DNA from: Glycera tridactyla
Lineage: Eukaryota
Length of the DNA: 64,000 nucleotides
Assembly: GCA_965644265.1 (NCBI GenBank)
Contig: OZ286465.1
Location: 7,130,001-7,194,000, forward strand
Direction: 5' to 3'
The translations under genes and the position numbers were made by a program. Positions 34,499-47,261 of the stretch are shown in pieces (positions within the stretch are counted from its first letter, which is position 1; every line of letters begins with the position of its first letter). Below the pieces are notes generated by a model that saw only the letters and a list, made by a program, of their open reading frames with translations, had not been told where the DNA came from and ran no database searches.

Positions 34499-36589
34499 GA
34501 CAATGATTGGCACTTACTAATGAAGTTGTGGTGATGTGTCTCACTCGGCAGCCGGGTGGCAAATGGGAAGAGTGCAATGCAGCATGGTCCCTTGTGGGAT
34601 GCCAACTTCCTGTGACCCAGATATATGCCAGAACTTCCTGTGACCCAGATATCTCGAACAGGGGTATGCTCTTGATGGAGTGATGTGAGGGGGGTCACTC
34701 CTTCATCCATTTCACCGAAATTATATTACCTTGTAATATATGTTAAGGACCTTGTTATGAAGTTACCCCCAAATATCTCCTCAACTGATCATGAACCAAG
34801 AGCCATCTCTCTATAAAAACCACTGATGCATCCAAGTGGTCTCCATTCACATATCTCACTTTAACAAAATTGCTCTCCACCTGTGCTATTTTAGGGACAT
34901 CAGTACTCAAAAGTCAATTTAGATGATCACATAACAAGATCCATAAATCTCTCAGCAAATTGGAGACAAATTGAAGATTGGGAAACTGCTGACATGCAAA
35001 ACCCAATCCAACAGGAGACCCCTTCTGCAGAACAACGTTCCTGTTTGGCATGGATAACTTTACCTTTGATGAGAGACCACTTTTTAGTGACATTTAGAGC
35101 AGTCTTTGGTCACTGGCTTCACTGTAATTGATTTAATTAAAATGGCATAGCTATGATTTTGCAATGGATGAAAATATATGTAGTGAAGAACCTTGATGGC
35201 AAGGCCATCTGTCATCAATATCATTTGGGACAAAATACTGTAGTGAAATTTGTGATGAGGGACCACCCTAAATGTTATTTAAAAGAGGTCTCCCAAAAGT
35301 GGTCTCTCATCATAGGTATATTTGACTATGTCAAATGAAGGAGCTGCCATAAAAAAATGGTCTCCCCCCTTAGGTGGTCTATTGTCAGAGGGTCTCTCAT
35401 CACAGGCTCCACTATAAAACTATAATGCATGTGGAGGGACCAAACAAGATAAGAAATTGGGGTCTGTGTGAATGGGAGGGGGATGGGGAGAGCACTATCA
35501 GTACATCTAGGTCAACTGGTAGATCCTGAAGCCAATGATGTCTGGTTGCTCTGCTGGTGTAGTACAGACCCCCACTTCCTCCCACCTGCTCAACACCTAT
35601 AGTTAGGTCCTGAATATGATGGCAGAGAGACAGCATATGGTCGGGTGGATACTTCAGAGTGCTGTCGTTTTGACAGACCCATCTTTTGACTGTTTTTATA
35701 AAGTGACACAGTGGTGACTGGCAGAATTACACTAACATTTCATATTTTTGGCCAGCATTCATTAGCAAGCTTTTTGATATGTCTCACATTGATTCTGCTT
35801 GCTCATGATGGGATGATCTTTACTTTGTATCACATACCGCATTCAGTTATGTAACAGTTCAAAGGATGTGATGAAAGTTTGTTAATGTATGTCACCATAG
35901 CTATTTTATGATAATACATCCCATCAGCAGCAGCAGGACTGTTCACAACCCTGTTGGAGGATGAATATGGTGCAGACCTCAAGTCATTGCACTCATATAT
36001 AATCTCTTTCATAGCAAATTCCCCATTCTGGGAAACTGTTTGATACATCCATACACATTTAGGCCTCAAACACCATCTCTCACCTGACATAAGGTGTAAG
36101 TGAACCCTGTCTGGAATGGGGTCTTTTATTGGAAGTTGCCCTCTGGTGAATATTCTTCACAAAAATTGTTCAGCCCCTAGTGGTCACTGTGGTCACTAGA
36201 GGATTCTCACTTCCAGGGAAAATAGTGTCACTTCCTGTACATACCTGCATGACTCATCATGACAGGAGTCAGACATGTCTCAAACTCCTGAAGTATCACA
36301 GGACCAAGAAACCATCCAATTCTAAAGGGCATGACCAACAAATCCCAAATATCCTAAGTAACCCTATGACCGGTAAGTTTCATTTATTTCTTTATATTCA
36401 AAAAGATAGTTCAAGTAAATTTAGAACATAGTTTTTTTCTTCTTATAATATTCACAACTTGAGAGCCACTGTCAATTGATCAGATACTCTGCGCATTATT
36501 CAAAATATGCAAACTGGAATATAACTGAAATATCATGTTTATTATGTGAAATATGTTGGTCAATATTTGAGACTTATTCATCAATCAAA

Positions 36590-37105
36590 TGTGTCTGAAC
36601 TGTCAGCTGCCTCCACTTGGCAACCTTTCAGGTTCCCTATCCTCTTGTTTTCAGGGTTTGTATAAGTGATGCCTGCAGGGGACAGAATGTTAATTGACCA
36701 GGAACACATGTCATACGTGATCCATTAGATTTATACATGCCATTGAAGTTCAATTCAATCAGTTAATTGAATCTGTTCATTTCTACATGTTATATTTATC
36801 TATTGTATGCTATTGTTATATATGATTTTCTGTTTTGAATATATTGTAATTATTGTAAATATGTCTTTGCAGAATATAACCAGTTTAGAGCAAGACTTTG
36901 TGTCATCATTTTTGAGAGAAAGTTGATTGATTGTTTGAGGTTTAACGACATGTATCAACCCACAGGATTATTTATGCCGTGTGTTCCTGCTTAATGAAAG
37001 CTAGATGTTCTCTCCCCTGCAGACATCACTCTCACAAACCCTGAACACAAGATGATGGGGAACCTGAAAGGTTGTCAAGTGGAAGTAGCTGACAGTTCAA
37101 ACACA
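36590..37105. repeat. Inverted (tail-to-tail) pair of a ~185-bp SINE-like sequence
   Basis: 36591-36770 (+) aligns with 37105-36925 (-); a further partial minus copy lies at ~6000-6130. Confidence 0.75.
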
Positions 37106-37920
37106 CCTCTACCTAATCTAAACATATACAAATAAACCTAGGATGGCATATCTAACTATATAGCTGGCTGGAAGCTAACACCCAAGCCTGATAGCAATGC
37201 ATTTTTTTTTCGCAAAGCGCAGCACTTGACACATAGAAAAGCATTAGGTTAGGAGAATACTCAACCAAAGTGTTCAATTACAAACTGCCAACTTCAAACC
37301 AGCTTTACAATAATTTCATGTCCTATACTCGCAGTACGATGCCATCACACATCCTAGTAACCTAGTCATCAGCCCTAGTAACCCAGAACTGGTGTGCTTG
37401 GTACCCGCTTTTTTGCATAGTGACAATATCTGCAACAGGCAAACCGTTAGCTACCTACACCGGAGACCATTTCGCTGAAGAAATAAGAAGGAGCTTAGAG
37501 TGATAGAAAAGAGGTGAAGAGAAAGAAACCATGGTGATAGTGTAATTTTGGTAGAAAATGCCTAAAGACAGATGACAGAAATTTGGAAGGTATGTTTTCA
37601 TTCAACCCCCACACCAAAAACCTATTGAGAAAAAGAGAAGGGATGATGCTACATCTAGGCCACATCATCCCCGATGGCAACACTTCAAAGAAAAAGACCC
37701 GCGCCCATTGGTGGCTGCCTTCTGTAGAGACCCTGGACTCCCACCCTACCCACTTTGAGAGAAAGCTATACATAAGGTATTTAATTGACAGCATTCATGA
37801 GGGTGCTATTTCCTTGTGAGCACACACTGGATACACAATTTTGGCCTGCTGCTGCTATTGCTTCTGGGTGATTACCTGCATAAAGCCTGGCAGAGCCATT
37901 TTTAAAAACACAGGCACTGG

Positions 37921-38706
37921 CACTGGTACAGCGTTACACCTAGTGGGCCTGAGAGGGCGAGGCATTGGTGGTACAGCTCTAGGCCTGGTGGGACTTGAGA
38001 GGACATAGCACTGTTGGTACAGCTTTAAGCCTGGTGGGACTGGAGAGGACAAAGCACTGTTGGTACAGCTTTAGACCTGGTGGGACTTGGGAGGGCAAAG
38101 CACTGCTGGTAGAGCGTCACACCTGGTGGGCCTGAGAGGGCGAGGCATTGGTGGCACAGCTTTAAGCCTTGTGAAACTAGAGAGAGCGAAGCACTGCTGA
38201 TACAGCTTTAGACCTGGTGGGAATTGAGAGGACGAAGCACAGTTGGTACCGCATTAAGCCTGGTGGGACACAGCACAGCACTGCAGAAGTCGGTGAAGCT
38301 TGAGAGGGCAAAGCACTGCTGGTATATCTTTAGGTCTGGTGGGGCTTGAGAGGACAATGCACTGTTGGTACAGCTTTAGACCTGGTGGGAATAGAGAGGA
38401 CAAAGCACTGCTGGTATAGCTTTAGGTTTGGTGGGGCTTGAGAGGGCAAAGCACTGCTGTTGCAGTGTTAGGCTTAGTTGGGCTTGGTAGAGCAAGCACT
38501 GCTGGTACAGCATTACACCTGATGGGGCCTGAGAGGGCGAAGCATTGTTGGTACAGCTTTAGGCCTGGTGGGACTTGAGATGACAAAGCACTGCTGGTAC
38601 AGCATTACACCTGGTGGGACTCGGGAGGGCAAAGCGTTGCCTGTACAACTTTAGGTCTTGTGGGGCTTGAGAGGGCAAAGCACTGCTGGTACAGCTTTAA
38701 GCTTGG
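37921..38706 (+). repeat. 46-bp minisatellite array C
   Basis: Same unit and same diagnostic variant as arrays A and B. Confidence 0.95.
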
Positions 38707-41700
38707 TGGTTGGTTGGTTGGTTGTGGTTCAACGTCACATCAGCACCATATTGTGACGCCCATGCAACACTAATTTTTCACAAGGACTACAAGACCTTGA
38801 TAATTCAACTCCTGTGGTGCAGTGGTTAGTAGTGCGGGCAGTGTGTTGCTGGCAGTGGGTGCCTTACTTGAGTGTTGTTGGCTCATTCTCTGTATGAAAC
38901 CAATAAATTGGGTTCGGGCATTTGACACATTTCATGGACCTATTGCCACTCGCATCATGTCACTGACATCCAATCCATAAAAATTGTATGTGTATGTATG
39001 TGTAAGTGCGTGTGGCGGGAGGGGGTGGTGATGCGATGGTGATGTGATGTGTGGCCCGCTAGCTAGCTCTTGCAAGAAATACTCAAAATCAGCTTTGTAA
39101 ACAATTTTATTGGTTTTTTATATTTATATAGCCAGTACCTATCTGACATAGATATGAATAGACAACATACTGAACCAAACCAGGGTAGATATATTCACAT
39201 GAGTTAAGCTATACAAACTAATCTGGGTACAAATACAAAATATATATGTATACGCCGCCGAACAGTGAACATTCAATGAGTATTATAGATAGTTTGGGAG
39301 GGAAAAGCTGATGAACAGCAAACAATACCACAGAGTATTATATGTCCTGCCAAAGACATCGTCCACATTTCATATCATGATAAACGGGAACTCTTGGCAG
39401 CCATACAATATGTAATGTGAAATTCACTCTCATCTGCCAATTGTCGTGAGTGTATATTCATATACATCTGCATGTATGTGTAAATGTTTGCTAATGTGTG
39501 CCATGACCAAAGCGACATCCAGTGTCAGACACAAAAACTGTGTTTACACCATACACCACAAAAGGCCTACCATACTCTACACCAATATTCACAGACTACA
39601 TCACTGGTCTGCCCCAATACTTGAGTGTTGAGTTTGAAACACGGAAACAGGCTTAAGCTACAAACATTCAGGGCTGGGTGATGGTGTGAGCACCAATCTG
39701 GGATCTGAAAATGATGGCCCTGGGTTAGAGGTGCTGCTTTGATAAGCAACCAAACAACAACTATGCCTTTACGAGATTAGACCTGTCACAAATGAATATC
39801 TGACAGCAGCACTGGAAGACCAGAACCTTCAGGCTTTGATAGTGATACTGGGTACTGGGCTGGAATCAGTCAAACAAACAAACATATATGAAGATGGATA
39901 GGCACTCGACAACCGAACAGCACAAGAGTGAATATCATACATTACAATGTGATGATAAATCAGTCTCCCAAACACTTCAAAATTATTGCTCCATATATAT
40001 ACAAATACACTGAGACAAAGGTCCATATATGTGTGTGTACTCTCTATGTGTACATCATTCAACAGAATATGTGGATGTTTTTTTACCCCCAAACTTTATA
40101 CATGGGAACCAACCTTTGACTATATAGGAGTAAACTGACCCGTGACTCGCCATTCCTGCAATGAACATTTGCATCCGATTACAGTGGAACCTGTATTAAG
40201 CAACCACTGTATTCAGCAACTGCCTGTCTTGAGCAGCTGCTTTCTGATATCCCATCAGAGTATAATTCACCTGTATCAAGCACCGATCGTCTTAAGCAAC
40301 CACCTTTTTCATTTCCAGAGGGTGGTTGCTTAATATAGGTCCTACTGTACCTGCATCTAAGATGTGTATTGGGTCATCTAGCATGTGTGTATACTATCTA
40401 TGCCAGTTTTTGTGTGGTCCATAAATACTATTTGGCGTAGATAAGAATGTAACACGTGCACTGATCCATCATGTGCCAAGCAGAGTTCATCTTTGAATTT
40501 AGTGAGGAAAAAAAACTAGAAGTTGCAGGCTTTCATCGTAGTTCTAAGAGTTCTAGAGGCAGGTCAATAGACCAAAAACTACTATAGCCTAGACTGCTTG
40601 ACCCACCAAGCTGCCCATGATTTTCTCTAGGAAGGGCCAGGACCGTGAGCGAGGTTTTACCTTCCAACTCACTTGTTCTGGATCCAACATTCTTTCCTAC
40701 CAATCCCCGCCCTATGTCTCTAGAAAAGACCCTGTCTCGGTAGATCTTTATTGTAAATGTAGAAGTGCCTCCACCATCTGTTTAAAGGTACATACAATGT
40801 ACTTATTTGTCATTTGGTGATGTATATTAATCCATGTCACATATTTATCAGAAAATCTCTGTACTGGAGTGAATAAATGTAATGAAGTTGAATAGAGTTC
40901 ATTCATAGAACATCGTGATTTCATCAACCAATAGTAGCCAGTCAATGTCAGTTCAACATCGAGCAGTTTACAGTGAAGCCAGTGACAAGACCCCCTGATG
41001 AGAGACCACCTCTGACCAGAGACATTTAGGGTGGTCTCTCATCGCAGGTTTCACTGCATGAGAAGGAGTGGAGTAGGAAATGGAAATTGTGAGGCTTTAG
41101 GTCCCCTTTCTGCAATTGAGTAGGCTGAATCAGACTACCTACCAAGGAGGATCGAAGATGAAGGGTGAAACATTCCAGCATGGTAGTGGAGTAGCGAGTG
41201 TACGATCTACAAAGTAAATGAGCCAAAATAGCTTACAACAAAATTACAAACTGAAATTTACACATCAAGTCAAGTTCAGGTGACGGATATTCTCCGTCAC
41301 TCAAACAATTTCCTATGAATGATCTTGTCTCACTCACAAACATATTCAAATTCATGTTTGTATACGTATATATACATTTAAGTATACAGAAAAGTTCACA
41401 TATGTTATTTTACATATGCAATGCACATATAAATATATATCTACATGCATATAAATGACTTACTTGCAGAAAATGCCCTAGGGAGAATACGTATATAAAT
41501 CATACACGTATTACACTTGACTGTTAGGGCATGCTCGCGATCAAACTGCTTCTATGCTAATGTACAATGTCAAAACTTTTTCATAACATTCATCATCCAA
41601 CAGCAACAATCTGAATCAATTACATCTTCTGGTTCAGTGAAAACTTCATCTTATTGCATCGGAACAACAGAAAAACAACGAGTCAGTGCCAAAATAGAAC

Positions 41701-42211
41701 ATTCTTGGGGAAATTCATGGTATACAAACTCAGTGAAATCCTCGATTCAGACAATTTGCGCCCACCACCATGAATGAAACATGGAGAATTGTGTCCCTAC
41801 ATACATTTCTGTATGAGTGACGGCATGCACGAGGGTGAATCTACAAGAAGCTCCGTCAAACAACTTGGCAATTAAAATACACTTATTGCATACATCAAAC
41901 AACATTTTTACATCACCTATTTTGTGCAGACTCCACCCATTCATGCATAGTAACTGCAATATTGGAAATCACAATCCACTTATATCCACTCTATCCTATA
42001 GATCATTCTCACAATCTATTGTTTTAAACAATCATCTATAAGTGAACCAGATTCAGTGAAACCTGTGACCAGACTCCCGACTACCTCAAATTTCTAGCCA
42101 TTTTCTCAGGACTGTTTTTTCTTTACGTAGTCATATATACATCTAACGAGGGACTGTTTTTTGGTGACATTTTAGGTGGCCTCTCATGACAGGTTTCCCT
42201 GTATGTGTGTG

Positions 42212-42247
<36 letters not shown>

Positions 42248-43447
42248 GCATTCTTATAAGTACAGAACCATTTGCTCTTATTGATCTAACAAACGCATGT
42301 AATCTACTTCATATCTATTCTTTCAGGACACCTTTTTGCCCCTTTCCACAGTGTCTTTTCAGTAGGCGCCTTCGGATACTGACTCATTTGGATCAGAGTT
42401 TCTGATGGGGGAAGGGGTTCTGGCAGACCAGCCTGCTATTGGCTGTTTCGGCACCTGATCACGAGAATTTGTGAGATCTGCCAATCAACCTCCAATGCAG
42501 ATGCTCATATTAATCAGTGCACATGTTACCTCACATCTATAACTTTTGATAAATTTCGCAAACACTGGAAGCTTTCACAAATTTGGTGAATTATCAATAG
42601 TACACCTACCAGCCACTCCCATGCCCATTTCATGGGCAACCCACTCCCCCAGTCACAGTCTTTCTCCAACTTCACAAGGAAACTTGTCTGCTTGGGTACA
42701 GAAAGAGTATCATACCTAACACAATGAGAGAGGTCTGCTATGCTATATGACATTTGTCAAACTTGTGTATGATGCACTGTTGGGTTTTCCTGTCTTTCCT
42801 CCGTATGTCATTCTTTATATGGTTTATCTGAGAATCAATGAAATCTTTTCAGCCACTAAGTAATGAATATATCCAACTACTGTAATTTTGCATTCATACA
42901 ATGTAAGAAATTTGCCAACATTTCTCTACACCAGTGGGATACAAAAAACTACGAATGCATACATATTCAGAACCTAAAGCTGTACAACCTCTCAATACTT
43001 GTTACAAACTGATTATTTGGGAACTAGCAATCATACCAAAACATATTTCATAGAACAGTTGCTATCAAACACAACCCGCATCCACTGACACAAAGTACTT
43101 GTATACGATGCAATATGCATTTGATCCATCCATGGAGACATACAGAGACAGAACTGAATAAGCGTCTGGTAGGGAGCCATTTATCCAATGAGTGGCAGCA
43201 AGCATAGGTATATGTCAAGTACGAAGCACATGTGATATCCCTACACACGCCGCCACAAATCTCGATCAGACACAACTTCACTTCTGTCTCCATTATATGA
43301 CATGATTGGCTCACCTTGGTGCAACATGGCAAACTACTAGCTCTTTATAGTTCTCACTGATGTTTGTGCATATCAGTTCTCTTGAACAAATTAGTTATGC
43401 ATGTTAGTAAGGTTTAAACTGTAATCCACACACTGAATGACACACAC

Positions 43448-43495
43448 TTACGGCAGCTTTCGATCCGTATCCTTGGATCTTTCTCAACCAACTGA
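43448..43495 (-). ncRNA. Minimal hammerhead ribozyme-like motif in the 3' pLTR (G at the cleavage position, likely impaired)
   Basis: UUGAGAA-A-GAUCC/GGAUC-GAAA-GCU-G; palindromic AGCU stem III. Confidence 0.55.
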
Positions 43496-44994
43496 CTGTC
43501 GGGGGCAGTGATTTGGTGAATGGTCTGTCATGTGACACAATCCCAGGAGAGGTCGAGTCACATGACTGAAACAGCTGTTTGTAGATGGCCGGGAGCTGGT
43601 GCCTTCCCTGGTCCCTCATGAGCTGGGCGTCATTGGTGTAGATGTGTACCACTTCGTGTACTCCTCTTTCGTACCAGTTTTCATCTCTGTCCAGGATGTG
43701 TACTTTGTCCCAATCTATTTCATGTTTCATCGCAGTAGAATGTTCTGTGACTGGGGATGACAAATTATGGTGTTCCGCCAACATATTTCGCTGAGCAGGT
43801 CTTACAGAGGATTTTGCACACTGTGCCACAGGTATCCAGTTTGTCAGTTTTGTCTTTGGGAGCCATCAACAAGGATCTTAATGTGTTGATGCATCTGAGG
43901 TTGACCTGAAAACCTTTATCTCGGAACACTTACCGCAGCTTTTCTGACAGGGGTCCCACATATGGTAGAGCGACATGACCAAGGGTGGTTGAGTTGGATT
44001 TCCCTCTCTGTCTACTACTGTTAGCACCTGGTGTCTTGTGTTCATATTTGAAGGCCCACTCAGAGTATCCAAAGACCTGTAGAGCCTTGTTGATGTGTGT
44101 TAACTCTATTTCCTTGTCCTCCTCTTCAGTCACAATGGTATGTGCCCTGTATTTGAGTGTGCGCACCACCCCTAATTTGTGTTGCAAGGGGTGATCGGAA
44201 CCAAAACTCAAATATTGGTCTGTATGAGTAGGTTTACGGTAGATTGTGAAATTTAGTCCACCTTCCTCAGTCTTATGTGACATCCAGCAAGGGTAGGCAG
44301 TCATTTTCCTCCTTCTAGATGGTAAACTTGCAGAATGTCAATGTGTGAGGTGAACTCGTCGATCTGGTCCGACTTGATGATCACCAGCATGTCATCAACA
44401 TACCTCCCCAAAATTTTGGTTTGTTGGGGGCAGAGATGATGGCATTCTGTTCAACATTCTTGAGCCCATTGCTGCTCCCTCAGTTTGCTGGTAAATGGGT
44501 AGTGGTGAAATAGGTAGTGGTGAGACAAAAATCTAGCAATTGAGCAACTTGTTCAAAACCCAGTCTTGTGCATTCATATAGCGTTCCATCATTTCTGAGG
44601 AGGTCTGTGATGATTGCTATGGATTTTTTCACTGGTGTGCGAGTAAATAGGGAAGTGACATCATAAGAGACCAAGGATTCATCAGGAGCAATATTCTGGT
44701 ACTCCAGCTTCTTAACAAGGTCAGCACTGTTTGGAATACGGAACTGTGTCTTACCCACTGAAGGACCAATAATGTCTGCTATAAACTTGGCAACATTGTA
44801 GACAAGTGAGCCGCAGCATGTCACAATGGGTCTGAATGGGACAGCAGCTTTGTGGACCTTTGGGAGCCCATAAAACTTATGGAGTGTCATCGGTGGTGGG
44901 ATATAGTCTTTTGTGCAGAGCATCTTCTGGGATTGTGTCACATGACTGACCATTCACTAAATCTCTTCACCCCCCCCCCCCCCCCCCCGACAGT

Positions 44995-45040
44995 GAGTTG
45001 TTTGAGAAAGGTCCGAGGATATGGATCGAAAGCTACCGTA
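44995..45040 (+). ncRNA. Minimal hammerhead ribozyme-like motif (U3:A8 core variant) in the inverted pLTR
   Basis: UUGAGAA-A-GGUCC/GGAUC-GAAA-GCU-A-CC followed by GUAAGU; CUA cleavage triplet. Confidence 0.62.
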
Positions 45041-46042
45041 AGTGTGCTTTATTCAGTGTGTGGATTACGGTTTAAACCTTACTAACATGTCTACACCACC
45101 ATTGTTAAACATCCATCGCCGTCTTAGTTATGCATGTCATGTAATAAAGTTCATGTATTCCTCATAATTCTACTCATCATTTGCAAATCATCGCATTCAA
45201 ACCACCCAAAATGTCAACATAAAGTGCCCTGAAAATGTGCGTTTTCTAATTGGAAGTACATTCAATGAATTCGAATACAATGAATAGAACTTCGTAAAAG
45301 TGGCCATTCAACATTGGTGGTCCTTCATCAACAGGTCTCTGTGTCTTTTTGCAGGTTTGACTGTATTGCACTAATGATATAACTGGTATTTTCTTCTCCG
45401 AATAAGAATACAAATGACGTGAGGATGGTGGTACAGTTAAAAAAAGTACAGCACAACTTCTACTAACATCTCCAGAAACCAGGAACTCGATTTCATAAAT
45501 GTGCGCCATGAATTGTGCTGTGAACAATGTCTGTCAGTGAGGCTCATTTCTATCAGATGCAAAGTTGCGATGCTGGCACAAAAAATATACTCACCAGGAT
45601 TGAATATGACAGACTTTGGTCCCCAATATTCGAATCCTATTTCTTCTCACATTAAAATAGACAATGTTAACCAATGTGATGATAACACAAGTACACTATG
45701 GTAACGCAACTATCAACCAATCTCCTGACGCTGACATAAAGCTATGCTGAGACATCACCGTTTTTTCAAAGATGGCGGGGCTAAATTCCAGACCATGGTA
45801 TTATCTAATGACAATGGGTTTTACATCTCACTATCTCTGGTTTCACATTCTGGATTTTCCTTCTGCTGTATATTGTCTGAGATTTCAGTGATTCTTGATT
45901 ACAATCCACGTCAGAGTCCATAAGTTCAGACACCAATTCAACACTTCAATATCTCTGTAAAACGTGACAACAGAATGTTGAATCAGAGTTACACATACCT
46001 CTAAAGCATACACACAATTTTGAATACATAAATAAAAGCATA

Positions 46043-46225
46043 CTGTATATACTCGCATGTAAGCCCATTTTTTGACACCAGAATATCGAGGCGCAAATGA
46101 ACCAACAATAGCTGGGGTGAGGCGCGAATTGGCTTCCCTACATGGTTGTCTTTGATGTATCACTCGTCAACAAAATCGTTCCCCCGGCTTAATCGTGGAG
46201 AAGGCTTATATGCGAGTACATACGG
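46043..46225. mobile_element. Tc1/mariner-like MITE, TA TSD
   Basis: TA|CTGTATATACTCGCATGTAAGCC ... GGCTTATATGCGAGTACATACGG|TA. Confidence 0.85.
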
Positions 46226-47261
46226 TAGCTCATGTTTGTGACCAATAAAAAAATTGTCAATGTTCTGAGTACAGTGAAAACCTAAGTGAGCAGCCTCCAC
46301 AAGAGATTAATCCCACTGTAGATAATGTTCGTCCGACCAACCATCCATTCAGCCATATTCAAGAAAAACCTAGTGAAAGACTGTAGCTCTTGATGGACCT
46401 AGTTTAGCTGATCACAGAGGGTTTCACCATCATGGTGAACAACACAGTTGCCGGTACGACTATGACCCATGCTGCATGGGCCCAGTGAAACATACATTAA
46501 CATCAATTCACGGTTAGTCAACCGAGACCATGACTGATTATAAAAACAACCTAGAGTACACTGAAACTATATTCGATGACAAATTATCTACCAATCACTT
46601 TCAGGGAAAAAAACATGCTTCTTTCCCATTTTACCCTTTACAATGGGTTAGACACACAGTCAATCAAGTAATGTGAATGGGACACCACCTTCACAAATAC
46701 TTGAACATTAGTATAGCAACATAGTGTAGTAGAAAAACACCAGACTCCCTGCGTTCGACTCGGTTTGTTGCATATACACGTGCACATATGTTTTGAGGGG
46801 GCAGCTTCTAACCAAAATGGCCAATTGAAGTTGTTTCCTATTTGGTCAAATTATGAACCAATAGCTGAATCAATGGATGGGTTCTTATATGAGGTTAGGC
46901 CCCTACATAAGGAACTATTTTATTAATATTTTTGGTATTGTTATGACATATACTGATGAGATGTGCAGGCTGTCCAGTTGCAGCTAACAATGACTAATGT
47001 TTTGTGAAATGAATCAGGTCCCCATTCTTTTTTGTTGCACATGAGATGGAGAATACTTGATTGAGGATTAAGCTAACGATTTCTCTGTTAGCCAAACTGA
47101 ACAGACTTGCAGGTGGCTCTCACAATGAGATCATGGTTTCAATTAATTGACATGGTATACCAAAAGATCAATGACATACAAGGTGACATCGTCGTTATCT
47201 ATCCAGTTGTATAAAACAATCAAGCACGGTTATCCCATATATTTATATTGCTAACAGGCAC

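Larger units (their letters stand above)
27680..34744 (-). mobile_element. Ngaro-type tyrosine-recombinase retrotransposon with split direct repeats
   Basis: In element orientation: A1 (34744-34520), ORFs, B1 (29418-28701), A2 (28700-28472), spacer, B2 (28396-27680). gag, RT/RH and YR are present; no TSD. Confidence 0.96.
43405..45123 (-). mobile_element. Penelope-like element (Penelope/Poseidon group), 5'-truncated, with an inverted pLTR at the 5' end
   Basis: RT pieces FYGLPKVHK..RPIV, SYDVTSLFT, TEGAAMGS and YRKPTHTDQYL; degenerate GIY-YIG GTVCKILCKTCSAKHVGGT. pLTR at 43405-43560 (-) and 44927-45090 (+). TSD TTAGTTATGCATGT at 43391-43404 and 45124-45137; empty paralog at 6717-6730. Confidence 0.95.
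38765..45510 (+). repeat. Segmental duplication copy B (right part)
   Basis: Co-linear with 2160-7720. Carries the Penelope-like insertion and an extra ~42210-42830 segment; lacks the 2798-2950 and 6741-7342 insertions. Confidence 0.9.

Noticed and set aside
35830-37819. Short ORFs and a possible exon ending CCG|GTAAGT at ~36373
   Set aside because: No recognisable product and no phase-compatible partner exons.
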